Shown here: positions 1 to 12,639 of the stretch, piece after piece
Layout: every line of letters begins with the position of its first letter
Numbering within the stretch: position 1 is the first letter of the stretch
Assembly: GCA_013239625.1 (NCBI GenBank)
Contig: MU053557.1
Location: 2,510,123 to 2,574,122 of the forward strand
Reading direction: 5' to 3'
DNA length: 64,000 nt
From: Lama guanicoe
Lineage: Eukaryota
Program-made: the position numbers and the translations under genes
The notes under the pieces: generated by a model
What the model was told of the DNA's origin: nothing
Databases searched by the model: none
Seen by the model: the letters and a program-made list of their open reading frames with translations, nothing else

Positions 1-209
1 GACATGTCTCCGCGGGGGGCGCTTGTCCCATAGACGCGGGTGTGGCTGGCACGGCCCTGGGGTTTGCGGGTCTCCCCTGTCTGTTTCCTTGAAATAGGAA
101 GCAAGGTAATCAGCTGAGAGTGAGGAGTCGGGGGAATGGCTGGGGAACAGTGCAGGATTTTTGGAAGGCACCAACGGCTGCTTGACATTGTTGGATGTGA
201 ATTGTATTT

Positions 210-530
210 TTTATTAAAAATTTTTTTAAGTTGAAGTATAGTTGTTTTATGTTAGTCTCTGGTGTACAGCAGTGTGATTCAGTCATAAGTACATATATAC
301 ACACCTATGTTCTTTTTTATTATAGGTTATTATAAAATATTGAATACAGTTCCCTGTGCTGTACAGTAGGACCTTGTTACCTCTATTACATAAAGTAGTT
401 TGTATCTGCTAATCCCAAACTCCTAATTTATCCCGCCTTCCCTCTGCTTTCCTTTTTGGTAACCATAAGTTTGTTCTCTGTTTGTGAATCGGTTTTGTAA
501 ATAAGTTCATTAGTCACATTTTTTTTCTAG
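210..530 (-). mobile_element. L1 3' UTR fragment (5'-truncated)
   Basis: Its reverse complement closely resembles 9330-9580 (cctactgtacagcacagggaact...ctgctgtacaccaga). T-rich tail at the left end. Confidence 0.85.
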
Positions 531-1629
531 AAATGAGACAAAAGGATGTGAATTTTAAATGAAACTGGTCAGCATATTTGGGTATCTTTCTCTAGCTACA
601 TTCAGCAACTCAGGTGAAGATGGCAAATAGGCAGATGGTTAAGGCTCAGAGTAGTATATAGGGTTCAGTTTCCAGTTCCTGGACTTGCCGGTAGGGACTG
701 GTAATTATTCTAGGTAGAAATAGTGAGTAGCCATGTGCTTTATCCATAAAGTCTCATTTCTTGTCTAAACTCATCTCACTGTGTCGCTATTGCCCTTCCC
801 TTCACTTCAGCGGAGCATGAAGTACAGGGTGACATCACATAGGAAAGAGAGCAGGGTGGCCACGAGCCTCGAGATCTGGGGCACAGCCTCTTGCCGTCTC
901 TGGTAATCTGCCTCCCCCTTGCCCCGCCTCATCGGCCTCACCTGCCTCACCTTACGTGGAGTCTCGGTCCTAGACGGGAGCTGTGAGAATGAACTGCAGT
1001 GAGGCCCAGAGGGAGGTGGAATTGTGTGAAGGCAGAGGGACGTTGTGAAAAACCACTGTTTGACTTTGGGTGGAGAGCAGGGGTTCAGTGTCCGCCGTCC
1101 TGCAGCCCAGGCTCCTCTCCTCCCTGCCCCCCAGGGTTCTGCTGGATGCTGAGCTCAGAGGCTCAGCTGTGGGCTTAGGACTGCATGAAGAAAGGAGGTC
1201 AGATTCATTCCATGTTGCATTAGATGTTTGGGGTATTTGAAAAGCTCTGAGTTATTTGGACAGTGTAAGTATTTCTAACTCTGCAAATTAATTACTTCCA
1301 TGTTCATTTTCCCAAACAGCGCTGGGCCTCATCAGGGTACCTGCTCAGTGCTACGGCGGCAGGGAAGCCCAGCGGGCTCCTGGCACTGGAGGCAGGAAGC
1401 ACGGAGCAAGGGTGAGGCATGTGCCCTGAGCTCGGGAACGAGGCTGTAGACTGTTTCTGAACTTGTGTTCCTCTCCTGCCACAGTCTGGGCGTATTGGAA
1501 GTGGCTCGGATCTGAGACTTTTGTTTACAGGGCTACCTCCGCTTGTTGAAGATCTCCAATCAGCATTAAGAATCCTTGAACAAAGCCGAACAGAGATAGT
1601 CCTAGGACAGAGAGAGGACTGAGTCTGTG

Positions 1630-1780
1630 CTGACAAATTCCTGTCAGGAGCCAGGTAGTAAATACTTACACCTCGTGGACCACACAGCCTCAGTGTAACT
1701 GCCCCACTCTGCCCTTGTAGGGGGAAAGCAGCCACACTGTGTGTACAGCTGAGTGGGAGCTGTGTGCCCGTAAAAATAAA
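1630..1780 (+). mobile_element. MER58A-like hAT-Charlie DNA transposon fragment
   Basis: gccaggtagtaaata...cactctgcccttgtagggggaaagcagccaca resembles the MER58 consensus as recalled, and the copies at 3324 and 11451. Confidence 0.55.
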
Positions 1781-2397
1781 AAATGGGGACTGGGGTGTCA
1801 GGGTGTTTGAGTGCCTCTCTTAGCTTTTAAGAAAATCTTTCAAAAGGTGAAATACATAAGACAGAAAATTGAACAGAACTAATGTAGAAGTTAGTGAATT
1901 ATTATAAAGGGAACTCCTTTAAAATGGCAAATGGGTTCTGTTGCCAGCTTCCCAGAAGTCTCCTGAATGCCTGCTCTGAGGGAGTCCTTTTGCCCAAAGA
2001 TCACCATGGTCCTTAATTTTATAATAACCATTTCCTTGTTTTTCTTAGTGGTGTGACCACTAAGTATATATCTGAAACATTATAGTTCTGCTTGTTTGTG
2101 TGTTTTAGAAAATTCCTTGTGAATTTTATGTAATTGGAATCATGAAGCAGATAGTTTTTGTGTGGTTTCTTCCAGTCAATCTCAGGTTGGGGGGAGAGAG
2201 TGCCCCCCGCCCCGCCCCGCCCTGTCCGGGCTGGCCCTGGGCACTCACCTTTCACATTTTTTATCTTAAAGGAATATCACAGGTTAGTGATACATATGAA
2301 AATGTGTGCTTTGGAAGTGTGCGTCAGTTATTACAGGAACTGCAGCACCAATAACTCATTTTATTAATAAACCTTAAGAGATAAAAGTCTAGGAGAT

Positions 2398-2875
2398 GCC
2401 TGGGCATATAGCCAGAAGGAAGCCTACTTCAAAAAGACACCTACACCCCAGTGTTATTTACACTAGCCAAGACATGGAAACAGCCTAAATGTCCAACAAA
2501 TGACTGGGTAAAGATGTGTGGTATGTTTACACAATGGAATACAACTCAGCCATAAAAACCGACAACATAACACCATTTGCAGCTACATGGATGACCCTGG
2601 AGAATGTCATTCTAAGTGAAGTAAGCCAGAAAGAGAAAGATAGGGAGTTCGAAATTTGTAGATACTGACAGGCATATGCAGAGTGGATAAACAAGATTAT
2701 ACTGTATAGCACAGGGAAATATATACAAGATCTTGTAGCTCACGGTGAAAAAGAATGTGACAACGAATATATGTATGTTCATGTCTAACTGAAAAATTGT
2801 GCTGTACACTGGAAATTGACACATTGTAAACTGACCATAATTCAATAAAAGAAAATAGGAGATAAAAGTGAAAAT
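2398..2875 (+). mobile_element. 5'-truncated L1 (ORF2 end plus 3' UTR) with an internal deletion
   Basis: ccatttgcagctacatggatgaccctggagaatgtcattctaagtgaagtaagcc encodes the L1 ORF2 C-terminus motif PFAATWM.LE.ILSEVS. AATAAA and A-rich tail; possible degenerate TSD aagtctagg on both sides. Confidence 0.88.
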
Positions 2876-3323
2876 AAGAGAGAAGTCTAGGTGGATTCAA
2901 AGGGAAAACCTAGTCTGAGCCATTATTCTCTTCTCTGTCGCATCGAAGTCCTGAGAGGCTCCTAACCACTTCCAGTTAAAGGGCATCTGCAGGAAAAGAT
3001 TCACCTCGGTGGAGGCGTGTCACATACACGCTCTGTTATAAAGCACATGGAGTTTTCTCCGTCAGAGGAGAGAATAAGGCGAGATACATGAGAACATCTA
3101 GAGAGCAGAGTAAGAGAGACCTTAAAACTCATCCTATGTGTGGCTTCTCTCTTCATGTTTCAAATACTCGCTCTCTTCTAGGTTCCTACTACCTGGAGCA
3201 CAGCCGTCCTGACACCGACTCTCCCTACGCAGTGGTCATCAAATCACGCGCTTGTGGAGGCCGAGTGCTGCGGAGTTACTAGACTACTCTGAGGCCTAGC
3301 GAGGTGAAGATTTTTTGTTCTTC

Positions 3324-3508
3324 TAGTAAATCTCTTAAGCTTTGTGGGCCAGACGATCTCTGTCATGATGACTCAGCCACTGTAGCGTGAAGGCGGCCAC
3401 AGACAATCTGTAAATGATCGGGTGGGGCTGGGTTTCAGTAAAACAACTTTTACCAAGACAGATAGGGGTGCTGGATGTGGCCTACAAGTTGCCATTTGCC
3501 AACCCCTG
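3324..3508 (+). mobile_element. MER58A-like DNA transposon
   Basis: tagtaaat...gctttgtgggcc...cactgtagcgtgaaggcggccacagacaat, ending in the terminal motif tttgccaacccctg. Confidence 0.7.
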
Positions 3509-3654
3509 GTTTATAGGTAGACTTGAAAATAGCTGATCATAAAATAGCTTAAGTCTACAGCCTCCTGCTTGTGATCAGTTAGGGATACATGAAAATCTGC
3601 GGGAATACCACTTGGCTCCCTGCCCAGGGAAGGCACTAGTACTTTCTACTGGAC

Positions 3655-3859
3655 CAGTCCTCAGTCTTTTCCCACACTGTTCCAGATGCAGTTTTTCTTA
3701 AAACCAACTTTTGTATGGTATATTACGCTTATATATCACATCAAAGATGGTAAGTAACAGTCCCAGTCTTTTCCCACACTGTTCCAGATGCAGTTTTTCT
3801 TAAAACCAACTTTTGTATGGTATATTACGCTTATATATCACATCAAAGATGGTAAGTAA
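3655..3859. repeat. Direct tandem duplication (103 bp + 102 bp)
   Basis: 3655-3757 and 3758-3859 are identical except for one T indel near the start. Confidence 0.97.
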
Positions 3860-4749
3860 AATGCTTGATATATGCCTTCTAAAACAGGTTAAGTTTTTGT
3901 AACATTTCACTTCAGTACATGGGCTATGCTACCTATCAGTGTTCCACAAAAAGGATTTCCAAGTCTACCACTAGCTAAACAGTTTGAGAACCAAGATCTT
4001 AAATGCTGATGATCCCACGTCACACCTAGCTAGCTTTGTTCTAAAAGCTTTTCCCTAACGTAAAAGTACTGATTGCTAACCGAGGCTCTCCAGCCGGCAC
4101 ACTTCTGTCAGTGCCATGCCCATTCAGGTTCTAGTTCTAAGTGCTGTGACACCAGACGGTTTGTCTTGTGCAGCTAGAGCAGGACCCTCATATTGGCTCT
4201 AGCCAACTGGGATGAAGATGAAGGGCTGTGAGTAGGAGCTTGGGGACAGTAAGACCCTAAATATACAGGGGATGCAGTTTGAACCCCAGGGGTAGCCAGA
4301 CTACCTCAACCACATACGTGGGTCTTGAATCCTGGGCCCCAGACCCTGTTCTAGCACCCCTGGATCTCATTCAGTCATCCAAGTCCTCAACCTCCTCTTT
4401 GAAAATGAAGAGGCCAGGTAACAGACACCAGAATATTAGACTCACTAAGAGTTGCTTCCAGGAATGAGGCAGAGGGAGTCAGAACCATTGATGACTGTAA
4501 GAAGGATGGGTAGCAGAAAGTCATGTTTGATGGCATAACGTCCAAGGAGCTGAGGACCTCAGACAGGAGCAGCACTGCACTAACCCCACCTCGCCACACG
4601 AGGGCAGAAGTCCAGCCGTCCCATGAGTAGCCTCTGGAGTAGCAGATTTTTCAATCAGGAAGAGGACAAGTTCAATCAGTTTTGTCCTTTGCTTCCTGGG
4701 TCCTTCTACGAGCCTTATCATTATTATGACTGCAGTTGTTTAACAAAGT

Positions 4750-5790
4750 ATCACTCCTTTGCTGCCTCCTCTCACTTCGATCACTCCCCTTAGTATCTTG
4801 ATTCCATCAATTCTCCATTTCCCTCCTTACCCACCTTTGATTCAGCAAAGATTCAGCAAACCATCATTCCAACCACTCCCTTACTACAGACCTTCAACAG
4901 ACTTGCCTTTCTCCCTCCTTCCATTGTACTTATTTGGCAAAAACCCCATCACTGGTTAAATCTAACTTTCTGCCTTCCTTCCCTGTACCAAGCAGGTGAA
5001 TGTGGCTGGGGAAAAAAACACACACACAGCTTAGTCTCACTTCAGATAAATAAAATAAACCTCAAGAGGACACCCGAGCAACCCGACAACGCTGCCCTAG
5101 TCAGTTTACACTTCTGCTTCTCATGCAGCTGATGACCTTGCTTCTGATCTTACTGGTAAATAGAAGCACTAAGAAGAAACCATCCCTATGTTCCTATCAC
5201 AAAATTCACAAACTTACTGCGTCTGTTTAGTCTTCTCTCTTCCTTTGATGGATGAACTTTCTGTCTCATCTAAGGCCATTTCTGCAATGGAATCTACTCC
5301 CTCAGAGAGCTGACTGCTTTCGTGAGCTCTCTCTCTCCTGGCTTGTTCCTATTAGCATAAAATGAGCTGGGATAACTTCCCGAATCCTCTATCCCATTCC
5401 AGAGACTGCCCATTGCTCTGTTCCCCCTCAGAACAGCATTCTTTGAGTTACCTGTACTCATTATGCCCACATCCTCGATTTACAGTCTCTCTTGAACCCA
5501 CTCCAATCAGACTCCTCCCACTTCACCTACATGTGGCCGTTAATTTCAGACATCACTAACTCCAGTGGCCCTTTCTCAGTCCGTCCTTACTAGATTTGGC
5601 AGTTGGGGGCTTCCTCCTTCCTTGAGACAGTTTCTTCACTTGCCTTCCAGGACACTCTTCTCTGTTTCCCTTCTACTTCATTGGCACTTTGCTTCCATCT
5701 CTCTTGCCAAATCCACTTCCTCTCCCTCCCCAGCCTATAAACACTGGGGCCTCAGGGCACGGTTCCTGCTCTTTTCTCTAGGCTGGATCT
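4750..5790 (+). mobile_element. Ancient L2 LINE internal fragment
   Basis: Pyrimidine-rich degenerate sequence with L2-like motifs (ctggttaaatctaact...gaatgtggctggggaaaaa; cttgaacccactccaatcag). Confidence 0.6.
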
Positions 5791-5949
5791 AGCCAGACTT
5801 GCACTGGGTGCCTACCTGCTATTTCTGCATGTTCCATTGGCTCAAGATGTCTTTTACTCGCCTGCCTTGTAAATCTTTGCAGGCAGACGTTGACCTGGAA
5901 CCCACAAAGGAAGGGCTCACTCTACCTATGGGTGGAAGGTGCTCTGTAC

Positions 5950-6119
5950 CTGGTAAGTCTCGATGGGGCGATTTTCCATATTGAGATCCCAAACTTTGAC
6001 AGTCAGATAGTCTCTGGTCATGATATACCTCCCACTGTGGCTGAACTTCACATCCGAAATTGAAGAGATAATTTCAGAGAAAAACGACCTGTTGCTTGGA
6101 TCTTCCGGCTCTTCAAAAA
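5950..6119 (-). CDS. PPP2R2B: PPP2R2B internal coding exon (170 nt, phase 1 to 0): (F)[56 protein letters not shown]
   Basis: Core of ORF 5926..6141, matching the B55 WD40 sequence. Polypyrimidine acceptor ttttgctttgcttttgttctgcag| and donor CAG|gtacag. Confidence 0.96.
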
Positions 6120-6484
6120 CTGCAGAACAAAAGCAAAGCAAAACACATTTAGCGCATCCTCACTAACTGGTGCTAGCATGTCTGGGCCAGCAAGAAAGCC
6201 GGCAGTCTACCTTGGAGTCGGGCTGGAATCTACAGCATGCAAGGTGCCACCAACAGGACTGTCAGTTCCTGGCAGGAGAAAAAGCGGTCACTGGCTTCTG
6301 TATTTTGTTTCTCAGAGAAGGACCGGCTCGGGACTTGGCCCGTCCGCAGACCTGACCCTTAACAGGCTCCACGTCTCCGTACCTCACTCCATGTCACGTT
6401 CCCGTGAGTCCCTGGGTATCGCTGTCCATACATACCCAAACCCCTCAGTCATCTTAGATGCTTTACAAAGGTTTTTACACCTTT

Positions 6485-7005
6485 TTTTTGGAAGTATAAT
6501 TCACATACTATAAAATGTACTCACCTAAATTTTATACTTGTGTTTTTTTTGTTTTTGTCTTTTTAAGTATAATCACATAATCACGTTGCCACTAACAAAG
6601 TCTAATTTAGGGCACTTTCATCACCTCTCGTCCCAAAAAGCCCCTGACAACTCTATGTCTATTGGCAGTCACTCCCTATTCTCTATTCCTGCAGCCATAG
6701 GCACCCAGTCATCTATTATTTTATGGAACTGCCCATTCTAGAAATTTCACACAAATAGAATCATACAATATGTGGGGGCTTTTTTGTTTGTTTTTGTTTT
6801 GGTGACTGGCTTCTTCCACTTAGTGTAATGTTTACAAGGTTCGTTCGTGTTGTGACATGATCAGTTCCTGTTTGTGGCTGAATAATATTCCATGGTATGG
6901 ATATATGACATTCTGTTTATCTATTCATCAGTTGGTGGACATTTGTTTCTACTTTTTGGCTATTGTGAATAATGATGCTATGAATATTGATGTACACATT
7001 TTTAT
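6485..7005 (-). mobile_element. Old L1M-type 3' end
   Basis: aatagaatcatacaatatgtgg...gtggctgaataatattccatggtatggatata...tttttggctattgtgaataatgatgctatgaa is typical reverse-strand L1 ORF2 end and UTR. Confidence 0.8.
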
Positions 7006-8692
7006 TTCTTGGACTGTGCCGTTCAGTAGTGGGGCTTTGCTACCAGACTGCCTTGGGCCTAAGGTAAGTCCACTGTTGACTAGCTGTGTGACTTTGGGCA
7101 AGTTACTTAGCTTTCCTGTGCCTCAGTCTCAGGGGGGTAAACTGTGGCTACAGTGTCTTTTGTGTATATTTTTCATTTGCTCTGATATCCAGGTTCTTAA
7201 CTCTTTCAGTACATTCAACTGATTTCCACTTACAGGAATTCAAGGCACTTACAGGAATAAAAGAAGTTCACTGTAAGCTGCCTTAATTCATTTCTCTGAC
7301 CGACCTTCTGATCTTCTCTGGTTCAAACTGGATACCCAGAATACCTCTTGCTGTGTCCCATGTTTATGCTCTGCCTCATCCTTCCTCCTCCATTGTTTCA
7401 AATTCTGCTTGATTCAGCTGCCTCATCTCTTACCTCCTGTTTTAGCCTCTAATGCTCTTTCCTTTTCTTTGAAGCCCCATCACACTCAGTCTGATCCATT
7501 CCTTGCGCAGTTGCTCGGGTACCCGCACAATGAAACTGTAATGTCTCACACTGTTACTTAACAATCCATGCCTCAGTCTTATCTCACCTGCGATGGGAGC
7601 TTCCTGAGGGCAGGAGTGTTTTTTCTCATCTTTGTACTGAAACTAGTGCACATCAATGTTCAATAAATACTGCTTGATTAAAACCAAAGCAAGATGTTAA
7701 AATCTTTGCCTTCTGGGTGCTTGGCATCTGTGACGTCGAGTTATATACACATTTATTTGCCTACATTTTAATTATTTTTGACCAATGGAGTATGGTTCCA
7801 CTTGTGTTTCTACCACAATTCAGGCTGAACCAGCTACCAGCCTGCAGGTTCTTGAGTAACTCATCCCCCAAGGCTTCCTCTTCCCTGCCTGCTCAATGCA
7901 CTCACCGAGTCCCTATCAAACCCTATGTTGAAAATCTAATACGATTTGTCTTTCAAACCTTGCTCAATTAAGCCACAAGCCAAACCAAAGTACTAATTTT
8001 CCCAGAATCACTTAAAAGAACAACAACAACAAAACCTGATCAGAACTGAATTTGAAAATTAAACCCCTTGAAACCAAAAAATATGAGCTCATTAGTCTCT
8101 GAGCCAGTGTCTCAGTCTGTGCCCTAACCTCTTGGTCTGGGGTCCACACTAATGAAGACCCCTGGACTCTAGTGTCTGCAGAGTTAACTAGATTTTCACC
8201 TTAGTCTCTATTTGAGGTAATCTCATTAGGACTGGGGACTTAGAAACTCCAGGCATGCCCCATATAGATGTCCCCACAGAGAGAGAAATGGGGACCCTGA
8301 GGCTTGGTCATCCCCTACCCAGTGCATCTGCAAGTACAGCTGGAGGTGGGAAGGGCTCTGCAAACTGCACTTTGGAGGCAGTCATTTACCAGCTGCTCAC
8401 GTTTTACTTACTGCTGCAGAAAGTGCATGTATACTGCTCGGCACACAGTAGGTCCTCAGTAAATGTCAGTCCTTTTTTATCAAAAGAATGCATCGATTCT
8501 GTATCAGCCAATCCTATTTCTTTCATTAAGACTCTTAACAATTTGGGACTGAGGACTACAGAACCCCGGAGGCTCTTTAAGTGACATAAAAAGAATGTTT
8601 ACAAGGTTCCACCTAGGACTCTGTTTTCGAGCTGTTCGGCATACTAGGAGGTCAGTGTAGCAACACTGTAAAGCCTTAAAATGACAGCCCCA

Positions 8693-9583
8693 CAGAGGAC
8701 CTGAACAGACATATCTCCAAAGATGACATACACATGGCCAGTAGGGACATGAAAAGATGCTCACGATGGCTAATTATCAGAGAAATGTAAATCAAAACTA
8801 CAATGAAGTATCACCTCACACCACTCAGAATGGCCATCATTCAGAAGTCCACAAATGACAAATGCTGGAGAGGCTGTGGAGAAAAGGGAACCCTCCTACA
8901 CTGCTGGTGGGATTGTAATTTAGTGGTGCAGCCACTGTGGAAGACAAATGGAGATTCCTTAAAAAACCAGAAATAGACTTATGATCCAACAAACCTACTC
9001 CTGGCCATAAATCTGGAGAAAACTCTTAATTCAAAAGGATACATGCACCCCAATATTCATAGCAGCACTATATACAACAGCCAAGATTTGGAAGCAACCT
9101 AAATGTCCATGGACAGATGACTGGATAAAGCAGCTGTGGTGTATTTCTACAACGGAATAACACTCAGCCATAAAAAAGAATAAAATAATGCCATTTGCAG
9201 CAACATGGGTGGACCTAGAGATTATCATACTAAGGGAAGTAAGTCAGACAGAGAATGACAAATATATGATGTCACTTATATGTGGAATCTAAAAAATGAC
9301 AGATGAGCTTATTGACAAAACAGAAAACAAATTTATGGTTACCAAAGGGGAAAGGGGGGGGGATTAATTATGAGTTTGAGATCTGCAGATACTAACTACT
9401 ACATATAAAATAGATAAACAACAAGATCCTACTGTATAGCACAGGGAACTACATTCAGTATCTTGTAATAACCTATAATGAAAAAAGAATACGAAAAAGA
9501 ACATATGTGCATAACTGAATCACTGCTGTACACCAGAAACTAACACAACACTGTAAATCAACTATGCTTCAATTTAGAAAAAA
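8693..9583 (+). mobile_element. 5'-truncated L1 (ORF2 C-terminal region plus 3' UTR)
   Basis: Decayed ORF2 motifs ([40 protein letters not shown]), followed by the 3' UTR and a short A tail. Confidence 0.92.
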
Positions 9584-11450
9584 CTATCTTGTATTTGATG
9601 TTCTCCTTCATGGTCCCTCGGCGCACAGCTGTTCATGTGAGACAGTTTAGATGACTGGCTAAATGAATAAGGCCCCAGAATCCTGGGTAAGAGTTGACAT
9701 CACAAGCAGGAGAGAGGAGGAGTTAAGAAAACTAGTAGACTTTAGAGAAACCTAAAGCTAACAAACCACATTCCTTACAAATGGGACGAAAGCAGAAAGG
9801 AGGCGTTCAGTGTGCTGGCTGCGGAGTCTGGGGACAAGCGAAGGAAGAAAGGGGGGAAACCACAGGTAAAGGCTGATGCCGGGTGGGGAGCTCCTTCCTC
9901 TGGGCCTCACCCTGGACACCGCACAGGAACTCGTGTCCACAGTGGAGGGTCAGGGGGCGCCCGAGGCCTCTGCAGCAGATCCTGCCGGCCTCCTCTCACT
10001 CCACAGTATGGGGACTAAGTGCACATGTGGTTCCAAACTCAGCAGGCCTGGGTGGAAACCCAGCTCTGTGGCTTGTAAATTATGAATCCTTAGACAAGTG
10101 GTTTAACCCCTTCCAAGCTTCACTGTCCTTATCCATCCAATGGAGACGAGGCGTAGCTACCTACTTCTAGGGTGATGAGACCTTTCACGTCGAGCACGCA
10201 GCATAAGGCTTGTACCCAGAATAACGGGGGCAACGGCAATGGGGCAGTGGGCGCTGCTTAAGGCAAGCTTGGTATGAAATGAGTCCGAAGGCCTCATGTT
10301 TTTCTCCATTGAGGCCAGATCTTAAGAGCTACCAGTTATTAAATCAATTTCTAGGTCTCCTGACTGGGCCATTAGACACACAGTAGCTCGTCTCTAGACT
10401 GTCAGCTGAAATACACCTTCCTTGGTACAAACACCTCTCATTTGGTGCTGAACAACGTGACCACCGCTCTGGCTCTGATGACTCAGGTGGATGAGAGGGA
10501 GAGTGAAGACAACTGGGGAGGGGGAGGGAAAAGGAAGAGGCTCAGATACACGCACCAGGCTTTAAATCGCTGACTTCTGCTGACATGTCTTCTCTGCAGA
10601 AGCACACCTGGCATGCTTTCCTGTTTGGGACGTGGTTGACAATTTCCCTGTAATGGGGACACAACTGGCAGTTTTCCTACAGAGTAAGGCAGATGGCAAT
10701 TTTCCTTCAGAGATAGGCAGGCAACAGCTTTGCCCCTGGGAGGAAAGGCTCGCGGATTGAGATGCAGCCAGTAACTGCTACTAAACGGAAGACACAGCCA
10801 ATCATTTTGCCTGGTGAGAGAAAGGGCCAGCAACTTTCCCACGGAGGCTAAGCGTGCTCGTGGACCAAGAACACTGGCCTTCACCCAGCTGGGGACCGGG
10901 AGAGAAGAAGTTTAAGATTTAATTAGTGCCTGCTGTACTTCCATGGGCCTAATAACACAGTCCCCAGGCACAGGCTGGAGACTGGAACTTAGACTGTATG
11001 AAGACTCAGAGCACTCTGAACTGGGACATAATGAAGCCCAGTGGCTTAACCTTTGCAGCTTATTTTTCATACAGCCCGTCATGAAGGCTACAAATAATTG
11101 TTCAACAGTGAACACTGTAGCGATGCAACACATAGCATGCTAGAGTAGGAGCAATTAATCTAGAAGACACTGCACTGGTCCCTGACTTTTAAAACTTTTT
11201 TCACACTCTTCTGCATGTATTATACTTCATAAATATCATGTCTTTTAATATATAATCATCAAAGTTAACATATAACATGTCAAAGAAATTTCTTAATCCA
11301 GACAAGAATTGTTTCCATTTTTGGACCAGAAATTCATGGGGGGGGGCAAAAATGATGAGACAGTCTGGTGTGCTGTGATCTGGGCTGGTCTAATCATGGA
11401 AGGCTTAATAAGAAGCTGAACCCTGAATGGTCAGTAAGCTCCAGAAAGAT

Positions 11451-11874
11451 CAGAGGTTGGCAAACTTCTCCAGTAAAGAGCCAGATAGGAAATATTTTTG
11501 GCTTTGGGGGCCGTTTGGTCCCGTCTGCAACTCTTCAATTCTGCCTCGGCAAACTTCTCCAGTAAAGAGCCAGATAGGAAATATTTTTGGCTTTGGGGGC
11601 CGTTTGGTCCCGTCTGCAACTCTTCAATTCTGCCTCCGTAGCGTGAAAGCAGCACAGACAACACGGAAACAGATGAGTGCGTGTTCCAATAAAGCTCTGC
11701 TTACGGACATGGAAACGTCAATGTCAGCTAGTTTTTATGTGTCACGGAACAGCATGCTTTTTAAAATTTTTGTTCAACCATTAGAAAATGTAAAAACCTT
11801 ATTCTTTGCTAGAGTTGTGCCAAAACAGGTGGTAGGCCAGATTTGGCCTATAGACTGTAGTCCGCTGACTCCCG
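11451..11874 (+). mobile_element. MER58B-like hAT-Charlie element carrying an internal 89-bp tandem duplication
   Basis: Begins cagaggttggcaaact and ends ggccagatttggcc...gtagtccgctgactccc; internal segments match the recalled MER58B layout. Confidence 0.75.
11459..11636. repeat. Perfect direct tandem duplication (2 x 89 bp)
   Basis: 11459-11547 is identical to 11548-11636. Confidence 0.97.
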
Positions 11875-11969
11875 ATGGTGACGTCTGGGGGGCCTGGGGG
11901 GTGCTTCCTATGCTAGACAGGGGAATCAGCACGAGTACAAGGCCTGAGGTCATAAATACATTTTCGGGG

Positions 11970-12127
11970 TGGGGGAGGATACAGCTCAAGTGGCAGAGCT
12001 GCATGCTTAGCATGCAGGCGGTTCCAGGTTCAATCCCCAGTACCTCCTCCAAAAATAAATAAATAAATCTAATTACCTGCCCCCCCGACATTTAAAATAA
12101 ATAAAGTTAAAAAAAAGAAAAAAAAAT
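11970..12127 (+). mobile_element. tRNA-derived SINE (camelid Vic-1-like), long-tail form
   Basis: tRNA-like head with A box (agctcaagtggcagag) and B box (ggttcaatccc), A-rich tail, and TSD attttcgggg at 11960-11969 and 12128-12137. Confidence 0.88.
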
Positions 12128-12639
12128 ATTTTCGGGGGACAGTGGGGCCCCAGGACTGCAGCACAGAGAGAGCACATGTGGAAAGGCTGGAGGATAAGAT
12201 GATTGCTTAGAGAGCCGCAGAATCACTAAGGTGTGTCTCTAGGGCCGGTGCCGGAGATGTTCACGGACTTCAGAGTCAGACACATTTGGGCTAGAGCCCG
12301 TGCCCCACCATTTACAGGCTGAATTGTCCGTCATTTTTTCACACTTTCTAAGACCCAGCTTCATTATCTGAAAAATGCAGATATCCAGTCCCCTTTTGCA
12401 TAGTTGCAAGAATCCACCTAGTGCAGTGCCCGGCACACGACCAGAGGTCCACAAGCACCCGTGTCACACACTCTTCAGCCAACGTGTACTGGCTGCCCAG
12501 TAGGGCGAGGCGCTCTGCTAGGTGCTGGGTTTACAAGACTGAGCTATACCGACAAGGCCCCACGCTCTTGGGCACTTCCTTCAATAAGGAGCGGGCCCAC
12601 TTACTTACCATAGCTGGGGGCTTTTTTTTTCCCCTTAAA

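Noticed and set aside
1..5949. Next downstream PPP2R2B exon (VHDYLRSKLCSLYEND...)
   Set aside because: I searched by eye and did not find it; it presumably lies beyond the left edge. The upstream exon was likewise not found in 47476-64000.
5950..5959. Plus-strand donor-like ctgGTAAGT suggesting an antisense exon
   Set aside because: It is the reverse complement of the Thr-Tyr-Gln codons, and no supporting antisense exon structure is visible.
11427..12062. 211-aa ORF
   Set aside because: A chance frame running through the duplicated MER58 element and a SINE, with no recognisable domain.
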